Below, in pieces: positions 23,640-35,369 of a DNA stretch of 40,000 bases. Origin of the DNA: Takakia lepidozioides (lineage: Eukaryota; Plantae; Bryophyta); the NCBI GenBank assembly GCA_030704615.1, contig JAKLZA010000079.1, forward strand, positions 1 through 40,000, given 5' to 3'. The first letter of the stretch is position 1. The number at the start of each line of letters is the position of its first letter. The notes beneath the pieces were generated by a model. The model was not told where the DNA came from, searched no databases, and worked only from the letters and a program-made list of their open reading frames with translations. Both the position numbers and the translations under genes were made by a program.

Positions 23640-23647
23640 CACTGGAA
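23640..23647. repeat. Right target-site duplication of element B (CACTGGAA)
   Basis: Exact direct repeat of 8847-8854, abutting the terminus. Confidence 0.92.
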
Positions 23648-24002
23648 GAGCGGAGTGATCTACACGTATATAGTTTTCCCCGGTGCCGTCCTCCCTGGTC
23701 CACTGGCAGCAGTTCCAGCGCCAAAGCGAGGCCGTGCGTGATCTGTCCGACATCCCTTTCCAGCTTGGTATATCGAGGTCAACAATTTTCAGGACCCACG
23801 GACCGCATTGACCCTCGCCCTCACCTCGCTCAAAGCGGTAATAGCCCTCCAGATACTCCATTGCGCGCAAAGACTCTTGCTTGATTCCAGCAGCGTCTGT
23901 GAAAACAGAGAGCCAGACAATGATGTCTCCTGATTCTGGTTTGAACATAGCATAATCGTGGCCATGATAAGGGCAGTCGGCTGGATTTCGGCGGCACGGC
24001 AT
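23640..24002 (-). pseudogene. Orphan cargo X2, 5' part (interrupted by element B)
   Basis: MPCRRNPADCPYHGHDYAMF...WRWNCCQWT...SALPV aligns to the X1 N-terminal two-thirds and ends at the TSD. Confidence 0.75.
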
Positions 24003-24531
24003 CCTTGAAAAAGAGTAGCGGAGTATGCTCAATGACAGCAGCTCCCGGATGGAGGAGGAGCAGCGCGGTGGCTGGAAAAAGTTCAAGCTAACGCTGCAAT
24101 TCCTCACAAACACTCCAGGGCACATTTAAATTTCCCCCCTACAGGATCCTGGACCGATGAAGATTGGCTGCTTCATGAATGTAGCCGTTTCAGTTTCCTA
24201 CCCTGCCATGCAAACTATGGCACTCACTGCCAGGTGGGCCGATAGCCACTGGACACGACGAAGTCCATCCCTCTTCGATGTAAATGCGGCGCCGAATTTC
24301 CATCCGGGGGGATGGACTTCGGTGGCAGATCTCAAACTATAACTTCTTGATGAGAAAGATGTATGGGTTCATCCACCTCCGTCGGTGGGTACGTGGGACC
24401 CAGATGCTCCATTATTGGAGGCCGGACTGCTCTTCCGCTTCGCATCATTTCCAAAATCTAAGGGCTTCGTAGCTGTCCGCAAGGTCATTGTCATCTGCAT
24501 CCAAGTCGTCCTCAGGTCCTCCTTTGCAAGG

Positions 24532-25094
24532 ATGTCGTGCTTCCAGAACCGGGACGACTGCCCATTTGGAGGCATCGATTATGCAATGTATTCGGCCACA
24601 TCGGGAGACATTGTTATCTGGTACACAGATTACACAGAAGATACTGGTTCGATTGTGGAAACATTGGTGGCTTTTGAGTATATCGTAGGCCACTACGCCT
24701 TCGAGCGGGGTGACGATCTTGGTCTGAGGAGTCCGTGGCTCCTGCGCATCCTCGATTCCGATTTTCCCAGCTACGACGGTCACCCATGCAGAAGAAGGGG
24801 CACTGCTATGCTGTTGCGGTGGAACTGTTGCCACTGGACGTGGTGGACTCCATCGGAGAGACCTATTCTCCTCAAGGAGTGCGCTCCTCTTCTCCATTGT
24901 ATGGGGACATTCGCATTGGTGTGGACGACGAAAACGTGAAGATTTCCATATTCGATGGTGGTATGATTGAAGGGCAGGACATTGTGGTGAACATCACTAG
25001 GGGCGGTACAACGGCTGCAATCGACTTTACATGGAGGAGCCCCATGACTCATGAGCTAGTTCTGAGAGCAGTCGAAGTCCCATTGACAACGTGA
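24532..25094 (+). pseudogene. Orphan cargo X1, element A copy (1-bp frameshift near 24843)
   Basis: Reverse complement of 9318-9881; split between ORFs 24385-24939 and 24735-25094. Confidence 0.7.
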
Positions 25095-25475
25095 CTTGTA
25101 TTCAATAGGCACAGGGCTAAGGATTTGATGGCACAATCAGCACAGTAGACGTGCTTCAAATGCAATTCATGTGGATCAATAAAAACCTCATTGTGCCCTC
25201 TTTTTATTCTATTCTGTGTCCATCGTTCCCAGAATGCGTCATTGCTCATTTCGTTTGGGATTGGGAGTGTGGGTGGATTTTGCAAGTGGCTGGTAGGCTG
25301 AAATGGGCCCCCATTGTACAGAGCAGTACCACCCTACCATTCGTGAAACATTGCCTTTCAATATATAATTCTAAATAACATTGCCGAACCTCCTTCATTG
25401 GGAGGTCCTTCTCCCCCTATGACCGTGGCACCCTAAACCCTATTCCCGCGGACACTCATTTCCGGAAAATAGTGC

Positions 25476-25557
25476 TGCTCATGTTTTTTTCCACACTTAC
25501 GACTCTGCTCATGGCTCATGCCGCTCATGGCTCATGGCTCATGAAATAGCAGCCCCC
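25476..25557 (-). repeat. Left-type TIR and CTCATG repeats, element A
   Basis: Reverse complement of 8855-8936. Confidence 0.85.
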
Positions 25558-26340
25558 CTTATGTGCTTTGTGGAGGTGGCTTGTTGCGGGTGGTGATGGC
25601 GCTTAACCCTCTTCCCCAATCGCTTAAGGTGCCTTTGGAGTTTAGGGATTCTCGTGTTCTTATCTCTTTTTCTTGCTTTTGAGTTTCTTAGTTGACATCG
25701 ATGACAAGTGTGAGGGTCTGTGATTCACCTGGGGTTCGACGATCCTCACTAACCTGTTGGTTTTTGTGGGGGCTTGTGATGGGACCAGGTGAGGATCCTC
25801 ACCTACTTTGAAGCTTCTTGAGCATGCAAATTGGGATATGGGCTGAGAAGACCTATGGGTTTTTGCGCTGTGAGGTGGCTGCTGCCTGCAGCCCCGATTT
25901 CAACCCGACCGCTCCTGGTTTGGCATGCTACAGCCTGGTTTTTGGCCTTTGTCGTTCTGCCGTCAATGCGCAGCTCAGCTTGACTGGCCTGTCTCGTGAG
26001 GCTTGCATACAAACCATGCCCTACCTCTTGATCTTTGACAGCATGGCCTGTGGATTATTGAGCTAGGTTATAAGTTCTTTTGGCCAAAGAGGATCTGGTT
26101 TTAGGTGGTATGTTTTTGGCGGTTTTGGGTCTCTATGGACATGGTGGGCCTTGAAGGGTATGGCGGCAGCCTGATAAGGCACCGACCTGCTCCTTTTTGG
26201 GCCTGTTTCTGTTGAGTATTGGATCACAGTGAGGTGTTCTTTGTATGCTTTAGCATGGAACTCTTGAAGGATGAGGATGGTAAGCTGCAATGGGATCCTA
26301 CCTGTAGTTCTGGCTCTGTCATGACATCAGGCCTATGACC

Positions 26341-26398
26341 GGGGGCTGCTATTTCATGAGCGGCATGAGCATGAGCGGAAAAAAAAAAAGCATGAGCA
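26341..26398 (+). repeat. Left TIR and CATGAG repeats, element C
   Basis: First 21 nt identical to the B left end, followed by CATGAG repeats. Confidence 0.85.
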
Positions 26399-26561
26399 GA
26401 CCATTGTGAGTCCACGGAAATAGGGTTAGGAGGCACGGAAATAGGGTCATGTGAAGTTGGAATGTGGCACCAGTGGACTTGAAATGCAACATTTTATTGC
26501 AAATTTTGTGGCAAGCCACGTCTATACAAGTGTGTTCTAACTGTCATAGCCGGAATGGGCA

Positions 26562-29500
26562 CTACTCTCCTACACCCTCCGAGGAACTTGCCCCACCTTC
26601 TTCCTCATCCCCCTCATCCCCCTCATCCTCCGAGCTCTGTGATGCATCAGTTCCACTATGCCTCTCAAAAATCCCGTCCTCTCCTTGGGGGACTGTCCAC
26701 CTCACCTCCTGGGAATCTTCTGCGTCTTCTCCCCCACTTTCCTCAGCAGAATCCAACACAAATCTACGAGCCCGACGGGCTCTAATAGCTGCTGCCTCCT
26801 CCCTCATCTTCATTTTCTTGAGGCTTGCCTCGTCTAAAATCTGTTGTACACGACTACGTTCGGAACACCTCCTAACGGACACCGAAGCAAGCCGGGCAGC
26901 ATAAGTAGGAAGGATGTACTCCCTTTCTGGACTAGGCATGAAATCCCCCCTGGCAAAAAAAGGCACGTTCCTCCTGCCCATGAACTCCGGTGTAGACGTC
27001 CCTCCGGCAGTACTTGGCATCCTACAGTAAGAACAAATCCACTTGAAGAATGTCAATACCAGCACAACCAGAAAGGGTTTTCAATGAAATAAGAGAGCGG
27101 AGGGAGGTGCCTCACAAAATCTGGAGGCAACTTACAATGCCACCACTCACTCGTAAACCGGGGGCTCCTCGGCCTCGATCCCAACTTCCTCCCCCTGCTC
27201 CTTCTCGGATTTTTCCTCATCCTCCGAGGATGCCTCTTCCTCTTTCGGCAGACGTTCAGCCGCTGCAAGTTCCGAGTTGTGGAGGGCAGTATCTGGCTCG
27301 AAGGCGAACACATGCCTGTCGGACAACGTCCCTGCCCACATTGAAGCACCTGAGGAACAAAGCGGGCGGTTAATAGCTTGCGGCATGCAATTGCAATGGG
27401 GCCAGGGGACAAACTGAGCACGTGAAGGCTTACCCGTGCCGCATGTGAGGTCCAGAATCCGCCCTTGGACATCCGAGCACGTCTCCATGAGGGTTTGGAT
27501 GAAAGCAGGGCTCTGGGTCCGGCTGTACCGCCACGGTTTGCCTGTCTTTGTGTCCTTCGGCATACTAGAGTGGGGCACATAGTTGTAGAGGACATCGTAG
27601 GTTACAGGGTCCACAGCGGCATCAACAAGACGACCGTCGTTGCGGAATTTGAACGTAGACCCTCTCTTCACAAAGCAATATGCCTCAAACACCAATGTCT
27701 GCACATCCAACAAAGAAGGGATCAATTCCAGGGTCTACTTAACATACACCACAATATGAAGTGAATGCAATAGATTGATAACTTACACTTTGGCCCTCTG
27801 TTCGCAACCCCTGCGTACTGATGCAGAACCATTTTCTGAGGAGGACCGGGGTGACACTTTTCGGTGTCCACCTTGCCACCGCATTCTCTGTGGTCTTCCC
27901 TCTCGTGGCAAGGACAACCACACATCCACCGTCATCCAGAAGCATCCCCGCCAGCCCAAACCCGGCTTTCCAGTAGTCCTCAGTAAACCTGTTCCAGGTG
28001 GGCACACCATCCAGGCCCTCCAGCAGCTCCCCATCTGGAATGTCGAGGAGAATCATGTCGCAAGCTCTCTCCACCTCAACCCCCCCCCCCGAGTGCTCTT
28101 GCAATTCGTGCTCACAGCCGTGAAGAATTCCATCATGGCTTCTTTAGGCTCTGTACCGGCAGCCCTCTTCTTGGCTTTCCCCTTCTGCTCCGCCAGAGAC
28201 TTGTTGTGTGCCACCTTCTTCGCCCTGGCAGCGAGAGCGTCAAGGAAGCTCTCATTGACGCATTGGATGATGGTTGGAGGTTCTAGCTTTGGCCTGTGCG
28301 TAAACGTCACCGCCGAATACCGCCGTGTAGGCTCGCCCTCAAATGCCAACTTCTTGGCAGAGCCAGTCCCACTCCGAACTGACTTGGGAACCCGGACGAC
28401 CGGTGACTGGGTAGGAGCAACAGCAGTCGCAGGACCTTGAACAAAATCGGCGTCGGAGTCACTCTCTTGGGTCCCCTCCTGCGCCTCCTCCGATGCCCCG
28501 ATGGTTTTCTTCTTTTTGGGTGTTACTGCAGTCACCTGTTTCCTTGTCCTTTTCCTTTGACCTTTACTCTTCTCATGCAATTTCTCCTGAATTCCTGCCT
28601 GAGCAAGCTCTGCCGCTTTCCTGGAGTTCGCAAGCGCTTTTGCCTCTTTTGCACCCAACGGAGGCAGCGGAGCCCGGTTTCGTCGGAATTCAGCATCCAG
28701 CTTCAATTGAAACTCGGATGGGTCGAGCGAGCCGGGCGGAAGGTCCACATACCAAGGGCAATCACGCAAATGTTCCAGATGCCACTCCTTCACAATATCG
28801 TCAGTGTACATGGAGTCAGCCCCAGGGTTCCTCCATGCCAGGAAGAATGGTGGCTCGAAAGACAGATGACCTTTCTCCAAAAGCGAGAACTTACAGTACC
28901 TGCATTCATGAAAAACACAATGAGGTCCGAAAATGGCTAAGTCCCTGAACGGCAATAGGGCCTACAACTGGAATATGGCGCCGAATTTCCACTTCAGGGC
29001 CACCCAGTCTAGGGACTTAGCCCGAAAATGGCTAAGTCCCTGAACGGCAATACGGCCTGGAACTGGAAAATGGCGCCGAATTTCCAGTTCAGAGGCAGCC
29101 AGTCTAGGGACTTAGCCCGAAAATGGCTAAGTCCCTGGACGGCAATAGGGCCTAGAACTGGAAAACGGCGCCGAATTTCCAGTTCCGGGCCAGCCACCTA
29201 GGGACTTAGCCCGAAAATGGCTAAGTCCCTGGACGGCAATAGGGCCTAGAACTGGAAAACGGCGCCGAATTTCCAGTTCCGGGCCAGCCACCCTAGGGAC
29301 TTAGCCAAAATGGCTAAGTCCCTGGACGGCAATAGGGCCTCGAACTGGAAAACGGCGCCGAATTTCCAGTTCCGGGCCAGCCACCCTAGGGACTTAGCCC
29401 GAAAATGGCTAAGTCCCTGCACGGCAATAGGGCCTAGAACTGGAAAATGGCGCCGAATTTCCAGTTCAGGGCCAGCCAGTCTAGGGACTTAGCCCGAAAA

Positions 29501-32500
29501 TGGCTAAGTCCCTGGACGGCAATAGGGCCTAGAACTGGAAAACGGCGCCGAATTTCCAGTTCAGGGCCAGCCAGTCTAGGGACTTAGCCCGAAAATGGCT
29601 AAGTCCCTCGACGGCAATAGGGCCTAGAACTGGAAAACGGCGCCGAATTTCCAGTTCCGGGCCAGCCACACTAGGGACTTAGGCCGAAAATGGCTAAGTC
29701 CCTGAACGGCAATAGGGCCTAAAACTGGAATATGGCGCCGAATTTCCACTTCAGGGCCAGCCAGTCTAGGGACTTAGGCCGAAAATGGCTAACTGAACGG
29801 CAATAGGGCCTGGAACTGGAAAATGGCGCCGAATTTCCAGTTCCGGGCCAGCCAGTCTAGGGACTTAGCCATTTTCGGAGCCCTGACTGGAAATTCGGCG
29901 CCATTTTCCCTAACACCACTTGAGGCCTCTAACATCCTGAAATGCCAGGACTTGAAAGAAAGGCAGCGCGTATGTACCTGTACAGAAGGCGCATTGCTGC
30001 TTTGTCCGCGTTCGGCTGGTCGGTGAACTCGTGGCTCCGGCGAGCATCTGCTATCTCCCGAAAGAATAGGTTGGTTTTGTAGAGCAGAAAGTACCTCGTC
30101 ACATAGTCACGTAGGCTCTCTGCTGCAGGAGATATCTCCATCTTGAACTGATGTGCTTGTGTGTCCAGCTGCTCTTGCGCATTCGTCGTCACCTGTGGAG
30201 ATTGTCCATCAGATCGCTTTCCTCAAAAAATACAATGAATCCACCCCCTACTAGAGTAGAAGCCCCAAACGAAGCGTGGGGAAGTACCTGAAACCACCAT
30301 GTCATGCGGTTCATCCACATGTCGAATGTGGGGTCAGAGAGTTTGTCCGGTTTGGGGAAGCTCCACATGTCCCTGGTACTTTGGGAACCATTCCAGATTT
30401 GGAGCCACCGGGTCTGTCCAACCACCCAGCATATTTCGTAAGCGCCAAACACCACAAAAAGGAGTTGTTGCCACCACAATTTGTTAAGAATGTATCACCT
30501 TTTCTGTTGCATCCACACAGGATGTGGCTAGACGATGGAGCTTCTCCAATGTCATCGTGGGCTTCAGAGCGCGAGAGTAGTGCTTCCCACCTCCACCAGA
30601 AAGTCGGCACCAAGGGCGGGATCAGCTATGGCCACGTACTTTACCATCCGCGACTTGTACTTTATGCGGGCCCTCACCTCCGCAGCTTTGACATACGATT
30701 CGAGTTCCGGGAGGGTTGGATTCTTCTCCTCTGACTCCATGTAGAACCTCCGCGCATGTGCCAAATCCTGCTGTATTTTCGTCTGTCGAAAAGGCGCACA
30801 TAAGATTAGAGATCCTGCTCAACACAATTTCTTCTATTGGGGGAGGAGAGACAGATTAGCTCAACAAAACTGTCAGGAGCTTTACCCGAAATATGTAGTC
30901 CACCATGGCGTCGACGCTCAGCCTATACCAGGTTCTGTCTGCCTTTGCCTCCGACTTGCGCAGGAGGTCGGCACTGAGGGAATTGGCAAACTCTTGCACC
31001 CCCTGCTTCCCGACATCCTTCACTCGGAAGAGCATATGGGACAAGTTGGTGGCAATGAAGGCATTCTCAGTCACCCTGCAGTGCCACATTTCCATCAAAC
31101 AATACTGAAATGGGAATTTTCATCATATATGAGGATTCGCAATGAAATGACTTCCAAATTCAAAGTCCAAAAGCGAGAGGGGTTGTAGCTTACGAGTTGA
31201 TGTCGGCCATTGCAGCTTTGAGAAGACTGCGATCTTTGGGCCCCGCAACCTTCAGCACAACACAATCGACGGCGAAATGCCAATCGAGATCGTTGGGGTG
31301 GGCTTGGGCAATGTGCTCCATCCATGCCAGGAGGCGATGATTGCCGTCCCACACGTAGAACATCTTACCGGACATGTGCTGGAAAAGAGGATCACTAGCA
31401 ATCGATCTCTCGAACTCCTCATTTCGCGTTTGCCAATGGGGACCCCATTTGTCCACCTCATCGGAAGTGTGGGCACGGGAAGCTCCGTGGTCGTTCTCAA
31501 TGGAAACGTAAAAGGCGGCAGACCCCATTCGATATCCATCCCGGAAAGAGAATTTCAGCTTGTCGATATCGCCTGGGAGGGCAGGTCTCACCACCTGCAA
31601 TGACACCAAGCGGCAAAGGGGAATTCGAAGCTTGGCCGGGTACACCATGCCCCCCAGCACCCTGCCAATGTTGCTGTGGGTTGCCTCCAACATCTTGGCA
31701 GCGGCCAACTTCATATCCGCCTCAGACATGACGTCTGCTGCAGAGGGGTTTTCCGGCAGCCCACCAGGACCGCCAAATCCAGCCTGTATGCTCCGGGTTT
31801 GGGGCCTGGGGATGTCCGGGAGGATGTCATCCTGGTCAGAAACCTCCATGTCGTCCTCCTCAACAGGGTCAGCCACCTGCGAAACCACCTCCAGCACTCT
31901 CGTCGTCTCTACTGCCCTCTCCCTGGCTTCACCTCGAACTTGCACAATCCGTGCTCTTTCAGGTGTTCTTTCCTCTCCTCCACTCTCCACCGTATGGGTA
32001 ATTGCGGGGGCTGCTCTTGCCCGCGATGGTCTAACCGGTGTGCTACTGCCTCTCTGTGGTGTCTTGTAGGGATCCACCGTCTCTGTGGGTCCCTCGCTTA
32101 CATTGGCATCTGTCATTTGGGCACCCCTGGCCTCTTCAGCTGCCTTTTGTCTTTCCTCCTGGCTAGCATTCTGTCTCGTCTGTTCTTTTGCCCTCTCTTT
32201 TGCCCTCTCACGGGCTTTCTGTTTCTTACTAGGGCTAGCAGCAGGGAGCCCTCCAGGACGACCACCTTTGATTGAGGCGAACTGACACCCTCGCGCGCAC
32301 TGCTCACTCCCCCCTCCGCAGCCCGTGACTGCTCTCTCGCCGGGGATTGCATGTGCTTAGCTTTTTTTTTTTTTCTTTGCGTGGGCGGGCCCTACTGCAT
32401 GTGCATGAACAACCTCCATTGCCGGATCTGCTGTCCTCATGTCCTCACGCCCTTCACCTGCCATGCCGCCTGCACCAACCTCCCCAATGCCTACTCTGTC

Positions 32501-33170
32501 GTAATCTCGTTGCAAGTCCTCCCGTCCACCAACAAAAGGTTTAAGTTTGCCCTCTCGCCCCAAGTTGGGCGATTCAAACATGCGATGAGTTGGAGCTGTC
32601 GATGATACCACCAGCGTGCCGGGCTCGTCGTCACTCTGTCATTGACAAAAATCGTGAAAACCAACATCGGTGCAAAAAGCAGCATCGCAACGAGCAGCGC
32701 AACCACCATAGCAACAATCATGTAGCAAAAATGAAAACATAACAATTTAGGAAGTATGGAGAGCCATGCAACAACAATGAAAACAAATGCAACCATTGCC
32801 TAAGAATGACATGCACAAGCAGCCTTCTCCAGAGCTGCCGGATTTGCACACGCATTGCAAACAATCTAAGGTTCACTCAACTATCTAAAGTTCACTCATA
32901 CAGCAAAGCCAGGATGAAGATGCAAAAACAAAGCGAGGTAACAAAGCGAAAGCAAAAAATAAATCGAACAAACCGAAAGCAGAAGTGGCTTGCCTGAGAG
33001 TACTCGGCTTCAGTTGGCGCAGGTTGTGAGCAAGACACTGGAATCTCCTGCTGGAGCTTCAGTTTGGCCATGCGAGAGATTGGCCGTCGTCCGTAGTACA
33101 GAGCTTTCAACTTCCGCCGCGGTCTGGATGTGAGGTCTCTCTCAGGAGAGCCACGCCCTTCAGGCGGCAT
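26562..33170 (-). pseudogene. ParB-like plus amino-MTase-fold protein, element C homolog
   Basis: MFYVWDGNHRLLAW (ORF 31190-32116), CDMILLDIPDG (27739-28104), SPAFIQTLMETCSDVQGRILDLTCGTG/ASMWAG..FAFEPD (27147-27725). Intron positions match A/B. First exon RPRRKLKALYYGRRP is homologous to RPRRKLRKLYFGRRP. A few frameshifts. Confidence 0.8.
28926..29908. repeat. Intronic tandem array, ~10 x 95 bp, two palindromes per unit (element C)
   Basis: Unit starts 29011, 29106, 29200, 29295, 29388, 29483, 29578, 29673, 29768, 29859. Contains AGGGACTTAGCC-n7-GGCTAAGTCCCT and GAACTGGAAAAYGGCGCCGAATTTCCAGTTC. Confidence 0.93.
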
Positions 33171-33420
33171 AAGTCCCAGCCAAAAAGATCTCCTTTTTGG
33201 GGTACATGCCTGGAATACCATGTTAAGCCAAGTTTAGCATGAGATTTAGGGTACGTGTCCAGGAAGCCATGCGTCGCCAGCCCGAATAATAACCGACGGC
33301 CGTCGACATTTATTGCCCAACTGCGCAATTAAATGTCGGATGAAGCCCTCCATGTCGGATGAAAATCGACGTAAACAGTCCCGGAATTTCCAACGTAGAG
33401 GTAATTCGGAGCGCTGCACG

Positions 33421-35068
33421 ATGGAATTCCGGCGCCGGATTTCCATCCTGCAGGTAATTCGGAGCGCAGCAGGATGGATATCCGGCGCCGAATTTCCATC
33501 CGCGGAGGAAGGCCGGCGCTGGAAATTTCCCTCACGCAGGTAATTCGGAAGCGCGCGGATGGAAATCCGGCGCCGAATTTCCATCCGCGGAGTTAGGGCG
33601 GCGCCGGAAATTCCCCTCACGCAGGTAATTCGGAAGCGCGCGGATGGAAATCCGGCGCCGAATTTCCATCCGCGGAGGTAGGGCGCGGTGGAAATTTCCC
33701 TCATGCAGGTAATTCGGAAGCGCGCGGATGGAAATCCGGCGCCGAATTTCCATCCGCGCAGGTAGGGCGGTGCGCCAAATTTCCCTCAAGCAGGTAATTC
33801 GGCGCCGAATTTCCCTCCATCCGTAATCGAATCCCGGATGATGGAAATTCGGCGCCGAATTTCCATCCTGCAGGTAATTCGAATCGGTGCCAAATGGATA
33901 TTCGGCGCCGAATTTCCATTCGCCATGTATTTCTGAGCGTGGAATTACCTTCGTGCAGGTAATTCCCAGATGAGATTACCTTCGCAGGTAATTCCCAGAT
34001 AAGAATTACCTTCGTGCAGGTAATTCTGGACGCGGAATTCACATCGAATGGAATTACCTGCAGGAAGGTAATTCTCATCTGGGAATTACCTGCAAGAAGG
34101 TAATTCCTGGCTCAGAAATACATGGCGAATGGAAATTCGGCGCCGAATATCCATACGCACCGATCCGACTTACCTGCTGGATGGAAATTCGGCGCCGAAT
34201 TTCCATTTATGCGGGATTTCGGCTGAACGTGCTTGATGGAAATTGGCGCCGAATTTCCATTCATCCGGTATTCGAATTACCTGCAGGATGGAAATTCGGC
34301 GCCGAATCTCCATCCATCCGAAGATTCCACTTACCTGCTGGATGGAAATTCGGCGCCGAATCTCCATCCATCCGGGATTCCACTTACCTGCTGGATGGAA
34401 ATTCGGCGCCGAATTTCCATCCGGGGGATGGTCTCTGTCGGAGAGGTGCCGCCTCTTGCCGCTCTGTTGGATATCGGTGCCGAATTTCCGTCCCGGGGGT
34501 TGAAATATGACGGCCAGGTGCCGACCTCTCCCTTCTCCCCGACTGCATTGGAACGCCCCGAATTGAAATTCGGCGCCGTTTTCCCATCTGTGGAAGTTTT
34601 TATGTCGGCCAGTTTTCGGTCTGACCCCCCGACAAGACTTCCTTTGGGGGCCCCGGATGGAAATTCGGCGCCGAATCTCCGTCCAGGGATGTTCTCTGTC
34701 GCACACTCGCCGGCCTCTGCGCCCGAGGCGACTTCATCCGGGCGTCCCCTGTTCGATATTCGGTGCCGAATTTCCGTCCGGGGTTGAAATGTGACGGCCA
34801 AGTGCAGGCCACTCCCCCCTCCCCGACTGCATCCGAAACGCCCCCGGATGGAAATTCGGCGCCGTTTTTCCATCTGGGGATGTTTTATGCCGTCCAGTTT
34901 TCGGCCTGACCCCCCGACACGACTCCCTTTGGGGGCCCGGATGGAAATTCGGCGCCGAATCTCCATCCACATCCAGGGGATGTTCTCTGTCGCACACACT
35001 CCGGCCTCTGCGCCCGAGGCGACTTCATCCGGGCTTCCTCTGTTGGATATTGGGTGCCGAATTTCCAT
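33421..35068. repeat. Intergenic array of ~20 palindromes GGAAATTCGGCGCCGAATTTCC (element C)
   Basis: GGCGCC/GGTGCC cores at 33431, 33484, 33569, 33654, 33738, 33801, 33851, 33904, 34139, 34191, 34245, 34298, 34352, 34405, 34476, 34572, 34667, 34762, 34858, 34951, 35053. Confidence 0.9.
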
Positions 35069-35369
35069 TCGGGGTAGTAATGTGAGGGCACGGTGCCGGC
35101 TTCTCCCCTTCAGCCGTCATCATCCGGACGGCCCCCCACTTTCTGACTGCATACCGTTGGCAGTTATTGCGCAAAGACCAGGGGCCGCATTCCGGAGACA
35201 AGGTTCATTAACACTCTGACTGTGGATTTTTGAGATAGTTGGCTCCCTGGATTTGGATCAGGCTTCGTCGCTCGGACAAATCGGCATCGCATTCATTCCC
35301 ATCGCTGCACCCCCCTTACCAGGGAGCTTCCCCGCACGCCATCCTGGCAGTCTTGTGTGCACATCTCCC

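Larger units (their letters stand above)
1..25557 (-). mobile_element. MULE element A (sister copy of B, opposite orientation, interrupted by B, continues off the left edge)
   Basis: Terminus CTCATGAAATAGCAGCCCCC ending ~25557 is the reverse complement of the B left end. 24110-25557 mirrors 8855-10322 and 1-8549 mirrors 10333-19941. An ORF split by B rejoins in frame across the TSD. Confidence 0.9.

Noticed and set aside
8855-25557. A single element with 1.45-kb TIRs
   Set aside because: No TSD for this pairing. The TSD and right-type end are at 23639, so these are the left ends of two nested copies.
25559-26340. Possible host gene or retroelement fragment between A and C
   Set aside because: Only short ORFs with stops and no recognisable motif.
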